IMG/VR virus record: IMGVR_UViG_2718218168_000002 | Origin: a virus | Lineage: Duplodnaviria; Heunggongvirae; Uroviricota; Caudoviricetes | Length of the DNA stretch: 45,859 nucleotides | Strand: one strand, 5' to 3' | Part shown: positions 38,024-45,859 of the stretch, one piece after another | Position numbering within the stretch: the stretch's first letter is position 1 | Layout: each line of letters begins with the position of its first letter | Position numbers and translations under genes: made by a program | Notes under the pieces: model-generated | The model's database searches: none | What the model saw: the letters and a program-made list of their open reading frames with translations, nothing else | What the model was told of the DNA's origin: nothing

Positions 38024-38365
38024 ATGAGGGGTATCATTTTTCTGTTAGCTGTCTTTTCTGCGTGCAGCGTGTGGGCGGATGGCTTCACGGTTAAATGCGG
38101 TGGCTACACTATGGTTGCAAACCAGGGCGAGTTATCGACAATTAACGGTGAAAGAGTTACCTCTCAAAAAATCACCGAACTGGGTACCAATGGTTTGAAA
38201 GTAGACATGGGGATTATGCCTGCCAAAGACGGTAACAACTACGGCTTTGAATACATTCGTCGCCCTGGTACCGAAACGCGATTCCTGAATGTGCAACTGC
38301 TGCAGAACAGCATGGATGCGCCGAAAATCATCGGTTCCTTTCCATGCAAAAAGATTGTTGATTAA
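38024..38365 (+). CDS. Secreted or lipoprotein moron (uncharacterised)
   Basis: 113-aa ORF with signal peptide MRGIIFLLAVFSACSVWA (possible lipobox FSAC); unlike the flanking structural genes. Confidence 0.5.
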   Translation: MRGIIFLLAVFSACSVWADGFTVKCGGYTMVANQGELSTINGERVTSQKITELGTNGLKVDMGIMPAKDGNNYGFEYIRRPGTETRFLNVQLLQNSMDAPKIIGSFPCKKIVD

Positions 38366-38418
38366 TCACTCGTAATTATAATGTGATACTTCTACTTTCA
38401 CGATAAGGAATTTGTCGC

Positions 38419-38658
38419 ATGTTCGGATTTGATAAATTAATAACTCCAAAAATCATCAACGTTCTGTATGGCATCACAATGTTACTTCTGGTTGTTGCCG
38501 CCATTATAACGTTTGTTAATGGGAAGGCTGCTGGCGCTTTAGTGCTTTTGTTATGTGCTGTATTTTGCCGAATATTTTTTGAGTGCATCATGGTTTCATT
38601 TAAAAACAATGAGTATCTTCGCCGAATAGCTGAAGCGTTAGAAGCAAACAAGCAGTAA
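38419..38658 (+). CDS. Small inner-membrane protein moron (two predicted TM helices)
   Basis: 79-aa ORF with own AAGGAA Shine-Dalgarno; two hydrophobic stretches; followed by a terminator. Confidence 0.5.
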   Translation: MFGFDKLITPKIINVLYGITMLLLVVAAIITFVNGKAAGALVLLLCAVFCRIFFECIMVSFKNNEYLRRIAEALEANKQ

Positions 38659-38674
38659 TGAAACTTCAATAATG

Positions 38675-38698
38675 AACCCGCCACCCGGCGGGTTTTTT
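38675..38698 (+). terminator. Rho-independent terminator after the tail-region moron
   Basis: Stem aacccgcc/ggcgggtt with loop accc, overlapping a TTTTTT run. Confidence 0.6.
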
Positions 38699-38717
38699 GC
38701 TTTCTGGAGCCTACTAA

Positions 38718-39473
38718 ATGGCAGTATCTGACCAGACCCGCAGCGGCGACCTTGCCGAAACATTCAAATCTGAACGGGAAACAACAAAGAACCAGATCCG
38801 TGTCGCCTTGCCTGGCATTGTTCAGTCATTCGATCCCGACGCGGTGACGGCGGTTGTGCAGCCAGCTATCCGTTCGGTTGAAAAGGATAACGACGGTAAC
38901 CGCATTACCAAAAATTACCCGTTGCTGGTGGATGTGCCAGTGGTATTTCCGCGCGGTGGAGGCTGTACGTTGACTTTTCCGGTTAAAGCCGGGGATGAAT
39001 GCCTGGTGATTTTCGCCGACCGCTGCATCGATTTCTGGTGGCAGAACGGCGGGGTGCAGGAGCCTGTCGACGACCGGGTGCATGATTTATCGGATGCTTT
39101 CTGTATCGTCGGGCCGCAGTCTCAGGCGCAGAAAATAAGCGGAATAAGCACCAGTGGCGCGCAGCTGCGTACTGATGATGGCGCTGCGTTTGTGGAAGTG
39201 GCCGCAGGCCATAATATCACGGTTAAAACTCCCGGCGCGTTGACGGCGACAGCAGAAGGAGGAACCACGATCACATCACCCACCATCACGCTAAACGGCA
39301 ACGTGACAATAAACGGGAATCTCTCTCAGGGGATGGGCGAAAGCGGCGGCACCGCGACGATGCTTGGCCCTGTCACGGTGACTAACGATGTAAAAGCTGG
39401 TGGTAAGAGCCTGATGACGCACACGCACGGCGGAGTACAGACCGGCGGCGGTAACACAGGAGCGCCTAACTGA
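38718..39473 (+). CDS. Baseplate spike protein (gpV-like)
   Basis: 251-aa ORF heading a V-W-J-I-H-G-like gene order; Gly/Thr-rich C-terminal region with HTHGG. Confidence 0.55.
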   Translation: MAVSDQTRSGDLAETFKSERETTKNQIRVALPGIVQSFDPDAVTAVVQPAIRSVEKDNDGNRITKNYPLLVDVPVVFPRGGGCTLTFPVKAGDECLVIFADRCIDFWWQNGGVQEPVDDRVHDLSDAFCIVGPQSQAQKISGISTSGAQLRTDDGAAFVEVAAGHNITVKTPGALTATAEGGTTITSPTITLNGNVTINGNLSQGMGESGGTATMLGPVTVTNDVKAGGKSLMTHTHGGVQTGGGNTGAPN

Positions 39474-39826
39474 TGCGATACAGACGTGAAGACGCCGATG
39501 GCGATTATACCTTTGGCAGCGGTGATGACACCTGGCTGATTAACTCACCGGAGGCCGTGGCGCAGGCGGTAAAAACGCGATTCGAATTGTGGTATGGGCA
39601 ATGGTTTCTCGACACCACCGAGGGGACTCCGTGGATCCAGTCCGTGCTGGGCAGGCAAAAACCGGAAACTTACAACCTGGCGATCAGAAAACGCATTCTG
39701 GAAACGCGGGGCGTTAAATCAATCCTCTCTTTCAATACGACGGTGGATACCACGACCCGACGTGTCATGTTTTCCGCTGAAATCGACACTCTCTATGGAA
39801 TAACGACTGTTACATCGGAGGCGTAA
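39473..39826 (+). CDS. Baseplate wedge protein (gpW/gp25-like; candidate)
   Basis: 117-aa ORF, similar in size to P2 W, between the V-like and J-like genes. Confidence 0.45.
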   Translation: MRYRREDADGDYTFGSGDDTWLINSPEAVAQAVKTRFELWYGQWFLDTTEGTPWIQSVLGRQKPETYNLAIRKRILETRGVKSILSFNTTVDTTTRRVMFSAEIDTLYGITTVTSEA

Positions 39827-41025
39827 TGGCTCTGAACCTTGATTCTCTCGGTTTATCTGCAAAGGTAACCGCAGAGGGGATCAGTGCGCCTGATTATCAG
39901 ACGATACTCAGCACCCTGATTAGCTATTTTCAGCAGATTTATGGCAGTGATGCCTACCTCGAACCGGACAGCAAAGACGGCCAGATGGTGGCTCTGATGG
40001 CGCTGGCGATTCATGATGCCAATAATATGGCGATAACTGTCTACAACTGTTTTTCACCGGCAACCGGCTATGGGGCTGCACTGACCAGCAACGTGAAAAT
40101 AAATGGTATTTCACGTAAAGGCGCGACGAACTCTACGGTTGATTTGCTTCTTACAGGAACTGCCGGAACAACCATCATTAATGGCAGCGTGAAAGACAGT
40201 AATAATGTGATATGGCGTTTGCCTGCTTCAGTGGTGGTCGGCGTGGATGGTACAGTGATGGTGACTGCAACATGTTCCGTCAGTGGTGCAGTGGCGGCGC
40301 TGGCTGGAACTATCACTGAAATAAATACGCCAACCCGTGGCTGGGTTTCGGTAACTAATCCTGCTGCGGCTACCGTGGGCACTCCGGCAGAAACTGACGC
40401 GGAGTTACGTATCCGCCAGTCGCAAAGTGTTGCGTTGCCATCAATAACCCCATTTGAAGCACTGGATGGTGCTGTTTCTAATGTTACCGGTGTAACCCGC
40501 CACAAACTCTATGAAAACGATACTGGTTCGGAGGACGGTAACGGGTTACCGCCACACTCTGTTGCTGTAATTGTGGATGGCGGTGATGTAACGGATATTG
40601 CTCAGGCTATCAGAGGGAATAAAGGCCAGGGGACAGCCACTCACGGTACAACATCCGTTACGGTTCCGGATAAATACGGCAATCCCCATGTAATCAAATT
40701 CTCGCGTTCCAGTGATGTGCCTGTTTATGCCCGGATTAAATTAAAAGTTTTTACGGGTTATACCTCACAGATAGGGCAGCAGATCCAGCAGGCTATTTCC
40801 GACTATATCAATAGTCTGATGATTGGTAATTCGGTCCTTTTAAGTCGCATTTACTCACCGGCGAATCTTGGCGTGGTGAGTGGCGGGAATGCACGCTATT
40901 ACGATATTCAGGAACTGACGATTGGGAAATCCCCGGGGGCTTTGTCGTCATCAAACATTGATATCAGATATAACGAATCTGCGTCCTGTACCCCGGAAAA
41001 TATCGTTATAACGGTGGAGTCATGA
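39826..41025 (+). CDS. Baseplate J-like protein
   Basis: 399-aa ORF at the J position of the baseplate cluster. Confidence 0.6.
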   Translation: MALNLDSLGLSAKVTAEGISAPDYQTILSTLISYFQQIYGSDAYLEPDSKDGQMVALMALAIHDANNMAITVYNCFSPATGYGAALTSNVKINGISRKGATNSTVDLLLTGTAGTTIINGSVKDSNNVIWRLPASVVVGVDGTVMVTATCSVSGAVAALAGTITEINTPTRGWVSVTNPAAATVGTPAETDAELRIRQSQSVALPSITPFEALDGAVSNVTGVTRHKLYENDTGSEDGNGLPPHSVAVIVDGGDVTDIAQAIRGNKGQGTATHGTTSVTVPDKYGNPHVIKFSRSSDVPVYARIKLKVFTGYTSQIGQQIQQAISDYINSLMIGNSVLLSRIYSPANLGVVSGGNARYYDIQELTIGKSPGALSSSNIDIRYNESASCTPENIVITVES

Positions 41026-41702
41026 GCAAATACACCGAACTAATCACGAACTACCACGCCACCAAACCTAAATTTCTTGCACATGTTGATCTGATGACCC
41101 GGCCGCTTATTGATGTTGCGGCTGCCACCAGAGGGCTGATTACTGCATTTGATATTGACTCTGCGGTTGGTGTGCAACTTGACATTCTGGGATTGTGGAT
41201 CGGACGTAGCCGTGTTGTCAGCCAGCCTATTTCAGGTGTCTATTTCAGCTGGGATACCGACGGGCTTGGATATGATCAGGGTGTATGGCAGGGGCCATAC
41301 GATCCTGATTCCGGATACATGTACCTCAGCGATGAAACTTATCGTGTCATCCTTAAAGCGAAGATTGCGATTAATAACTGGGACGGACGGAATGATTCGC
41401 TTCCGGCAATTCTTGACGCGGCAACAGCAGGATCCGGACTGCGAATGCAGATAGTCGATAACCAGGACATGACGATATCGGTCTGGGTCTTTCCTGATAC
41501 TGATATTTCAGATGTATCGCGTGAGTTAATTGCGACAATTAAACAGGGGTATCTAACAGTAAAAGCCGCCGGGGTATGGGCGGGGAGCATTGAAACACCT
41601 TCGGTGGAAACTCCATCGGAAGGCTCTAAATTTTTTGGTTTTGATATGGATAACGAATTCATCAGTGGTTTTGATGTAGGGGCATGGGGAGTATTACTCT
41701 GA
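41022..41702 (+). CDS. Baseplate/tail protein I-like
   Basis: 226-aa ORF between the J-like and tail-fiber genes. Confidence 0.5.
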   Translation: MSKYTELITNYHATKPKFLAHVDLMTRPLIDVAAATRGLITAFDIDSAVGVQLDILGLWIGRSRVVSQPISGVYFSWDTDGLGYDQGVWQGPYDPDSGYMYLSDETYRVILKAKIAINNWDGRNDSLPAILDAATAGSGLRMQIVDNQDMTISVWVFPDTDISDVSRELIATIKQGYLTVKAAGVWAGSIETPSVETPSEGSKFFGFDMDNEFISGFDVGAWGVLL

Positions 41703-42535
41703 TGGCGAAAAATGACTTTAAAGCGTTTGCAACTGATCGAAATGCCAATGTTATGTCGCAGGAAGAATGGGAAGCGTTGCCTGCGCTTATATCCGGATTT
41801 ACAGCAGGGAAAGCATCCAGTGCGCAAGTCAATAAGGTTATTCGGCAGGCCAGCTTTATTGCTGCAGCTCTGGCCCAGTTTGTAAGTGATAAAACGCAAC
41901 GGGATGTGCTTGATAATGGTGATCTGCCCGGTTTTGTTGAATTGCTGGGATCGGGGTTTGCTGTTGAATACCTGAGCCGCAAGAATCCGTTTGGTGATAT
42001 CAAATCGGATGGCACGGTGAAAACGGCTCTCGAAAACCTTGGTTTGGGAGAAGGCTCTGCATTACCGGTTGGGGTGCCTGTTCCGTGGCCTTCAGCCACT
42101 CCGCCGACAGGCTGGCTGAAATGCAATGGTGCGGCTTTTTCTGCTGAAGAATACCCGGAACTGGCAAAGGCTTACCCGACCAATAAATTGCCTGATTTAC
42201 GTGGTGAGTTTATTCGTGGCTGGGATGATGAACGTGGTGTGGATAGTGGGCGAACTCTGCTTTCATCGCAAGGAGATGCTATTCGAAACATTACTGGCGG
42301 TTTTGGTCAGTTGCGCGTAAACAGCGAAATTAATGCAATTGTCGATGTTCAAAGTGTGAGTGGGGCTTTTTACGGAGGTACCTCAGTCCGGAATAACATC
42401 AATGTGTCTATGACATACGCTAATGACCGAAAAATCCGACAAGATGTTCACTTCTCGGCGGCAAATGTTGTTCCAACAGCAAATGAAAATCGTCCACGTA
42501 ACATCGCCTTTAATTATATTGTGAGGGCTGCATGA
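41702..42535 (+). CDS. Tail fiber protein with tail-collar motif
   Basis: Internal ATG overlapping the upstream stop; conserved collar-like segment [52 protein letters not shown]. Confidence 0.7.
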   Translation: MAKNDFKAFATDRNANVMSQEEWEALPALISGFTAGKASSAQVNKVIRQASFIAAALAQFVSDKTQRDVLDNGDLPGFVELLGSGFAVEYLSRKNPFGDIKSDGTVKTALENLGLGEGSALPVGVPVPWPSATPPTGWLKCNGAAFSAEEYPELAKAYPTNKLPDLRGEFIRGWDDERGVDSGRTLLSSQGDAIRNITGGFGQLRVNSEINAIVDVQSVSGAFYGGTSVRNNINVSMTYANDRKIRQDVHFSAANVVPTANENRPRNIAFNYIVRAA

Positions 42536-43137
42536 TGAATAAAGCTGTATTAAATAGTGAACTCATTGCCATAAAAGCGGGAGACATTATCATTTATAAT
42601 TATGATGGTGAAACGCGTGAATATATTTCTACATCAACTGAATATCTCGCTGTCGGCGTCGGTATCCCGGCATGTTCTTGTTTAGATGCACCAGTTACAC
42701 ATAAAGCTGGTTATGCAATCTGCCGTTCTGCAGATTTTAACTCATGGGAATATGTGCCAGACCATCGCGGTGAAATCGTCTTTAGCACCGAAACAGGAGA
42801 ATCAAAAGAAATCACAGCTCCGGGTGATTACCCTGATAATACAACCACTATCGCCCCGTTAACACCATACGATAAATGGGATGGTGAGAAATGGGTGACG
42901 GATACCGAAGCACAGCATAGCGCCGCAGTAGATGCAGCAGAAGCACAGCGCCAGTCACTGATTGATACTGCAATGGCTTCAATCAGTCTGATTCAGCTGA
43001 AATTACAGGCCGGACGGAAGTTGACGCAGGCAGAAACAACCCGACTTAACGCCGTGCTGGATTACATTGACGCGGTGACGGCAACAGATACCAGCACCGC
43101 GCCGGATGTCATCTGGCCTGAACTGCCGGAGGCGTAG
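42532..43137 (+). CDS. Tail fiber assembly protein
   Basis: 201-aa ORF directly after the tail fiber gene with a start/stop overlap; C-terminal motif [17 protein letters not shown]. Confidence 0.7.
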   Translation: MMNKAVLNSELIAIKAGDIIIYNYDGETREYISTSTEYLAVGVGIPACSCLDAPVTHKAGYAICRSADFNSWEYVPDHRGEIVFSTETGESKEITAPGDYPDNTTTIAPLTPYDKWDGEKWVTDTEAQHSAAVDAAEAQRQSLIDTAMASISLIQLKLQAGRKLTQAETTRLNAVLDYIDAVTATDTSTAPDVIWPELPEA

Positions 43138-43291
43138 GCCATTCAATATCTGGCGCACCGGAAGTATCGACCAGCTCCAGTGCGTCCAGTTGACATCCTC
43201 CACGCCCTGAAGGACGGGGTTTTACGGCGCACCGGATAAATCCAAATGGAGTTTCGGGAGATAAATGAAACCGCAGCCACGTCGTATGCAA
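43109..43291 (-). pseudogene. Inverted C-terminal fragment of a tail fiber assembly gene
   Basis: Minus-strand ORF ending [21 protein letters not shown], homologous to the C-terminus of the plus-strand Tfa; overlaps its 3-prime end tail-to-tail. Confidence 0.4.
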
Positions 43292-43457
43292 GAACTTGCT
43301 GCGGTTCGCTGGTGAAGTGTCGATGGTGAGAGTATTGAATGATTTCCAACTGTTGCCAATTTTACTATGTTTTCAGTAGAACACTTAGACAAAACTGAGG
43401 CACACAAATCTTTGCACTGGATTGCAAGGCTTTGTGTTATTCGATAGTTAATGCGGA

Positions 43458-44615
43458 TCACTCCACCTTTTCATCAATCCAGTCCGCCCACCACTGCATC
43501 ATTTCTCTGCGCTTATCTAGATACTGAGCATGGTTGTAAATACCGCGCACAGATCCGCCGTTGGCATGTGCCAGTTGCACCTCAATCGCGTCAGCAGGCC
43601 ATTCGTGCTCGTTCATAATCGTGCTAAATTCATGCCTGAATCCGTGACCGCTTTCCAGACCCTCATAGCCGATTTGTTTGATCACAAGTAGAACCGCGTT
43701 CTCGCAGATTGGCTTCTTCTTATCGTTGCGCCCGGCAAAAACAAACTCTGATACTGGTTTGGTGATGGAGCTTAGCGTAGTGAGAAGTTCAACCACCTGG
43801 TCTGACATCGGGACCACATGAATTTTGCGTCCCTTCATCACACTGGCGTCGATGGTGATAATCCTGTTTTCAAAATCGACGTTCTTCCATAGCATGGAAC
43901 GAAGCTCTTTCGTTCTTAGGGCTGTGTAGCGTAAAACTTTGGTCGCAATGAGCGATACGATACTTCCTGAAAATGTTGCCAGTGCTTTGTTGAATGCCGG
44001 GATCTGGTCTGCAGGAAGAAACGGGAAGTTCTTCTTGCGGTATCCCTTCATGGCGTCTGCAAGGTCAGGTGCCGGGTTGTATTTAGCCCTTCCGGTGACA
44101 ATAGCGTAACGGAAAACTTCGCCGCATCTTCTGCGGGCTTTGTTGGCTCGCTCCATTGCACCGCGATCTTCAAATCTGCGGATTACTTCCAGCAGTTGCA
44201 TCGGCTCAATATCCTGAATTTCAAGGCTGCCGATGATAGGTAAAATGTCGTCATCAAACATTTTTGCAAGTTCATTTGCATAGCCTACTGACCAGACTTG
44301 CTTCTTGTGCTCGTACCATTCCTTGTAAATGGCGCTAAAGGAATTGTTGTTAGACGAAGCCTTTTTCGCTTTTACCGGATCGATGCCAACCGAGATGTCT
44401 TTCCTAGCGGTCCATGCTTTATCCCTTGCCTCCTGCAAAGTCATAAGCGGATATTTTCCGACGGTCAGGATTTTCTCTTTACCGTCAATCTTGTAGCGAA
44501 GCTGCCATACCTTTTTCCCGGATACAGGAACATAAAGGTACAGGCCATTACCATCGAGAAGGCGGTATGGTTTTTCTTTCGGCTTTGCTGCTTCAATCTG
44601 CTTAACGGTGAGCAT
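43458..44615 (-). CDS. intS: Tyrosine integrase (P4/KplE1 IntS type)
   Basis: Start placed at MLTVKQIEAAKPKEKPYRL (track ORF extends to 44651); C-terminal catalytic region HGFRHEF...HANGGSVRGIYNHAQY; adjacent to argW. Confidence 0.85.
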   Translation of the reverse strand: MLTVKQIEAAKPKEKPYRLLDGNGLYLYVPVSGKKVWQLRYKIDGKEKILTVGKYPLMTLQEARDKAWTARKDISVGIDPVKAKKASSNNNSFSAIYKEWYEHKKQVWSVGYANELAKMFDDDILPIIGSLEIQDIEPMQLLEVIRRFEDRGAMERANKARRRCGEVFRYAIVTGRAKYNPAPDLADAMKGYRKKNFPFLPADQIPAFNKALATFSGSIVSLIATKVLRYTALRTKELRSMLWKNVDFENRIITIDASVMKGRKIHVVPMSDQVVELLTTLSSITKPVSEFVFAGRNDKKKPICENAVLLVIKQIGYEGLESGHGFRHEFSTIMNEHEWPADAIEVQLAHANGGSVRGIYNHAQYLDKRREMMQWWADWIDEKVE

Positions 44616-44775
44616 GGGTAAAAATCCGGTGGGTAAAATTATTTTATCCACTTTTTACCCGTCATGGAGTGCGGCTGTCAACGATCTGACGCGAACCATG
44701 ACGAACCGTGAATATACGGAAGGCTTGATATTCAGGGGATTTTGCGGACTGGTACGGATGGGAGCGAACTGATAA

Positions 44776-44851
44776 ATGGTGTCCCCTGCAGGAATCGAAC
44801 CTGCAATTAGCCCTTAGGAGGGGCTCGTTATATCCATTTAACTAAGAGGAC
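44776..44851 (-). tRNA. argW: tRNA-Arg (anticodon CCU)
   Basis: Minus-strand cloverleaf: acceptor GTCCTCT/AGGGGAC, D stem GTTA/TAAC, anticodon stem AGCCC/GGGCT with loop CTCCTAA, T arm GCAGG-TTCGATT-CCTGC, discriminator A, CCA. Confidence 0.9.
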
Positions 44852-44926
44852 AATGCGGCATGAGTATACCCGCTAATGGACTGCGGGGTAAGTACGCTGC
44901 CGCTCGATTGCTTAAACCCTCGCCAT

Positions 44927-45859
44927 TTATGCTGGGTTTTTATCATTTTTCTTAATGTTTTCCGCACGTTCTGCTTTTTGGCGTGCTTCTGCTTTACGCT
45001 TGTTGCTCATGTCGTTACGAATCTGTGCATGACTCATTAACGCGAAGATAAAGGTGCCGCCGCAGATGTTCCCCGCTAAAGTAGGTAGTGCGAAGGGCCA
45101 GATGAAATCGCTCCAGTGCAGCGTGCCGTTAAACACCAGATAGAGGATTTCAACAGAACCGACAACGATGTGGGTGGTGTCACCCAGTGCAATAAGCCAG
45201 GTCATCAATATAATCACCACAATCTTTGCCGCACCCGCAGCAGGAAACATCCAAACCATAGTGGCGATCAGCCAGCCGGAAATGATCGCGTTGGCAAACA
45301 TCTCGCTGGGGGTGTTCTTCATCACATCCATGCCGATTTTGACAAATGCATCGCGAGTTTCTTCATTGAAGATAGGCATATATTCAAATGCCCATGCAGC
45401 AATACCTGTCCCGAGAATATTACCCAGCAGCACGACGCCCCATAATCGCATAAGTAAGCCGACGTTGCTCATTGTCGGTTTTTGCATGACGGGTAGTACC
45501 GCAGTCACGGTGTTTTCGGTAAATAATTGCTGGCGGGCCATAATGACGATAATAAAACCAAAGGTATAACCGAGATTCTCCAGTAAGAAGCTGCCTGGCA
45601 CTCCTTCCAGTTCGACATGAAATATCCCTTTTGCCAGTAGCGAAGCGCCCATCGACAGACCCGCCGCAATGGCTGACCACAGTAGCGCCATTGCGTCGCG
45701 TTCCAGCTCTTTTTCACCATCCTGGCGGATATGCTCATGAATTGCCATCGCCCGGGAGGGGAGTCGATCTTCATCTATTTCTATTTTTTTGCCGCGCTCT
45801 TTTTCTTCGCTCTCAACTTCAATTTCGTCGCTGTGTTGATCAATTTTGTCGTTGTCCAT
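44927..45859 (-). CDS. yfdC: Formate/nitrite-transporter-family inner membrane protein YfdC
   Basis: 310-aa ORF starting exactly at the window end; multi-TM with acidic N-terminus MDNDKIDQHSDEIEVESEEKERG; recalled as the K-12 neighbour of argW. Confidence 0.75.
   Translation of the reverse strand: MDNDKIDQHSDEIEVESEEKERGKKIEIDEDRLPSRAMAIHEHIRQDGEKELERDAMALLWSAIAAGLSMGASLLAKGIFHVELEGVPGSFLLENLGYTFGFIIVIMARQQLFTENTVTAVLPVMQKPTMSNVGLLMRLWGVVLLGNILGTGIAAWAFEYMPIFNEETRDAFVKIGMDVMKNTPSEMFANAIISGWLIATMVWMFPAAGAAKIVVIILMTWLIALGDTTHIVVGSVEILYLVFNGTLHWSDFIWPFALPTLAGNICGGTFIFALMSHAQIRNDMSNKRKAEARQKAERAENIKKNDKNPA

Noticed and set aside
43143-43461. Minus-strand ORFs (68 and 79 aa) between tfa and the integrase as additional genes
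   Set aside because: Overlap each other in different frames with no start signals; only the frame with a Tfa-like C-terminal motif was kept, as a pseudogene fragment.

Overview
This 45.9-kb window is an enterobacterial (E. coli-like) chromosomal segment carrying a ~43-kb mosaic lambdoid prophage integrated at tRNA-Arg(CCU) argW. All identities are from reading the sequence and the ORF track and from recalled protein families; no database search was run. Host genes flank it: cscB (sucrose permease, 1..1248) on the left, argW (44776..44851) and yfdC (44927..45859) on the right. The prophage is bounded by a 15-bp direct repeat of the argW 3-prime end (1690..1704 and 44776..44790). It combines a KplE1/CPS-53-type integrase (intS) and excisionase (torI) with a phage-lambda immunity region (cI, cro, cII, cIII, kil, lambda oL/oR operators) but non-lambda N/nut sites. 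Replication is non-lambda: a winged-helix initiator with an internal 21-bp iteron array plus a primase-helicase. The nin-like region holds NinB, an overlapping HNH endonuclease / Dam-like methyltransferase / PAPS-reductase-like operon, NinE, two antirepressor-type genes, a YbcO-like protein, RusA and a Q-like antiterminator. Lysis genes are lambda S/R/Rz/Rz1; the head is Mu-F-like and the tail is a P2-like contractile tail with a frameshifted chaperone. The strongest candidate for an undescribed system is the single cargo gene in the rexAB slot downstream of cI (8192..9064); the HNH/Dam/PAPS-reductase operon and several terminator-bounded morons are secondary candidates. Several start codons and all small ORFs are uncertain.
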